Translations under genes and position numbers: made by a program
The notes under the pieces: generated by a model
The model's database searches: none
What the model saw: the letters and a program-made list of their open reading frames with translations, nothing else
Told to the model about the DNA's origin: nothing
Shown here: piece after piece, positions 62,021 to 64,000 of the stretch
Layout of the letters: each line of letters starts with the position of its first letter
Numbering within the stretch: the first letter of the stretch is position 1
NCBI GenBank assembly: GCA_009914755.4
Contig: CP086569.2
Span: forward strand, 62,304,001 to 62,368,000
Length of the DNA stretch: 64,000 nucleotides
Direction: 5' to 3'
Origin: the human T2T-CHM13v2.0 reference genome, Homo sapiens

Positions 62021-62172
62021 GCCAGGCATAGGGGCTTATGCCCGTAATCCCAGCACTTTGGGAAGCTGAGGCAGGAGGATTGCTTGAGGCCAAGAGTTTG
62101 AAGCCAGCCTGGTCAACATAGTGACACCCTATCTCTACAAAAATAAAAAATAAAAAATAAATAAAATAAAGT
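62021..62172 (+). mobile_element. Alu left-monomer (FLAM-like) fragment with A-rich tail
   Basis: gccaggcataggggcttatgcccgtaatcccagcactttgggaagctgaggcaggaggattgcttgaggccaagagtttgaagccagcctggtcaacatagtgacaccctatctctacaaaaataaaaaat. Confidence 0.8.
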
Positions 62173-62873
62173 GACTAATGCAGTGAACCTAATGTTTAAA
62201 ATCTATTTTTTGTGATATAATAATGTGAACAAGTAGTGACTTTTATAATATAATTTAAAATTATAATCTAGAATTAAAAAGCAAACACATCTGTAATAGC
62301 ACCAGTATTTTTGCAGTGTTACTTACATCATCTGCTTTTCATTGTTTTGGTCATCGTAATTATTGTGTCATTATCCACTGAACAGTTCGTAGCAGTGTTC
62401 TTGCTCATAAGTGATGTAGATGAAAGCCTTCTACTCAGGCTTTTAAAATATATTCTTATATTAATCAAAAATAAAATTCATGTGCAAAACCTAAAAATAT
62501 AATTAATGAAACCATACTTCAGGAGAATTATGGTTATTTGTGATTTTTTTATGACTTGTTAATGACACATCAGTATGAGTTGCTCATTTAGCCTTGATTC
62601 TGCCGAGTTACCAGTGAAGAGCAACAACCCCACTGCTTTCTCTCCCACTGAAGGAAACGCTAGAGTTCAAGTGGGTGTGAGTTATACCAAAAACGACAAT
62701 GTTAACTACACTTCTGTCTTGGAAAATACTTGTTTAGTGTGTTCCATTACTACATAACTGCTACTCTAATGGAATCAGAAGTATTTCTTAATAAGGCTCT
62801 ACTTTCCTATATATATTATTTAGAATAATATGATTGATTCAAGAAAATAAAATTGCTCTCCTCGTCCCTCCAG

Positions 62874-62942
62874 GTGTTCATCTATATCATTGTTTCACCT
62901 CTCTGTGGTGGATTTACATGGCCAAGCTGTGTGAAGAAATAG
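62874..62942 (+). CDS. VAMP7: VAMP7 exon 8 coding part (VFIYIIVSPLCGGFTWPSCVKK*), stop TAG 62940-62942; acceptor ccctccag|g
   Basis: Completes a 663-nt / 220-codon ORF summed over exons 2-8 (146+58+138+91+68+93+69). Confidence 0.95.
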   Translation: MFIYIIVSPLCGGFTWPSCVKK

Positions 62943-64000
62943 GAAAGAAGAAGTTACCATTAACCAAGGATATGAGAGAACAAGGAGTTAAAAGCAATCC
63001 ATGTGACTCAAGCCTTTCACATACTGACAGATGGTATCTGCCAGTCTCTTCAACCCTCTTCTCACTTTTTAAAATCTTGTTCCATGCCTCCAGGTTTATC
63101 TTTGTCTTATCTACCAGTTTATTCCTGTGAACTTCAGATTGAACCATTCATTGCAGCAGTAGCCTTAAAAAGGCTTTTGTTTATTTCTTTGGTTTGTTAA
63201 CTAGTGTCATCTATTTAGAGAAACATTTTTGTTTTTAATTGCTCAAAGCTGTCGCCGCTAGTCTTATGAGCTATCTACTAAAACTATGGAGAAACTTTGT
63301 ATGTGCACACAAAAGTATTCAAGAGACAGTATTGCTAACATCTCATCTTAATGTCTTTTGTTATTGAGAAGTTTTAGGTGCTTCAAAACAATATAAATGG
63401 ATAATAGTTGTTATTTGGGGAATTGTAATGATGTTGGTGCTGCTTCCTTCTAAGAGCTCAGACAAGTAAAGTATGAAACATTCTTATTTCAGTTAGATGG
63501 GGAACATTTTGCTAGCCCATTAGAAGCACACAGAATTATCCTTGTCCTCCTAATATTGACTTTCAGGAATAAAGTTCAGTGTGCTGATCATTCACAATAC
63601 AGTGGATAGCTTGATATCTTCTGTTTTCCCATTGCAGTTGATTTGAGAAGATGAAGGTTTAAATATTGTTGAAAGTTGCAGTTTTTTAAATGTGTTCCTT
63701 TTTCTTCTGTGAATATTTAGGGCAATCGTGTCGCTAATAGAATATGTAGTAGAGGGGGTGGGGAGGTAAATTCCTCTGACTTGCCAAAGAAAAAGAAGGG
63801 AACCACAGTGGATATGCTAGCATTTTAGCTGTGCAAAGGGAGGTAGTGTGGGAAAAGTGTTTCCATTCTGGGAAAAGCCCAAACCGAATACGGTCAGCAG
63901 TCAACTCCAGGGTTTGGGCTTGATTCCTGTTGAATAATAGTTTTGAGCATTCTTTGTGGTTAAATAAATTCTTAAATCTGCCTAGTTTTGATGAATTCTT
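62943..64000 (+). other. VAMP7: VAMP7 3'UTR (continues to window end; candidate AATAAA at ~63963-63968)
   Basis: Follows stop codon in terminal exon; no further splice-competent ORF; poly(A) site not visible inside window with certainty. Confidence 0.55.

Overview
This window is human (hominid) genomic DNA, not a prokaryotic locus. It contains the complete coding structure of VAMP7 (SYBL1 / TI-VAMP), the longin-SNARE gene of pseudoautosomal region 2 (Xq28/Yq12), on the + strand. The gene shows a CpG-island promoter and a non-coding exon 1 ending at 2428. Seven coding exons follow: ATG at 10448 in exon 2, stop TAG at 62940-62942 in exon 8. All have canonical AG/GT splice sites and a frame-consistent 220-codon ORF that I could translate and recognise as VAMP7. 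There are no prokaryotic operons, CRISPR arrays, tRNAs or rRNAs. Every long ORF in the six-frame track maps to a transposable element (L1 ORF1/ORF2 remnants, Alu, SVA VNTR, Tigger transposase), not to a host gene. Introns 5 and 6 (about 19 kb each) consist almost entirely of nested retroelements, essentially all antisense to VAMP7. Intron 5 carries a twin-primed (5'-inverted) L1PA with 15-bp target-site duplications. It also carries a hominid-specific SVA inserted into an older L1, and a full-length ~6.4 kb L1PA with a candidate 3' transduction and 15-bp TSDs. Intron 6 carries a second full-length ~6.1 kb L1PA, and a Tigger DNA transposon that itself holds a short L1 insertion with 15-bp TSDs. 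The rest is Alu copies, MIRs, MaLR LTRs, a MER1-type hAT element and microsatellites. No novel non-TE system is evident. The interesting content is the resolvable insertion history and the pseudoautosomal gene itself. Coordinates of TE boundaries are approximate (about +/-10 bp) because they were read by eye.
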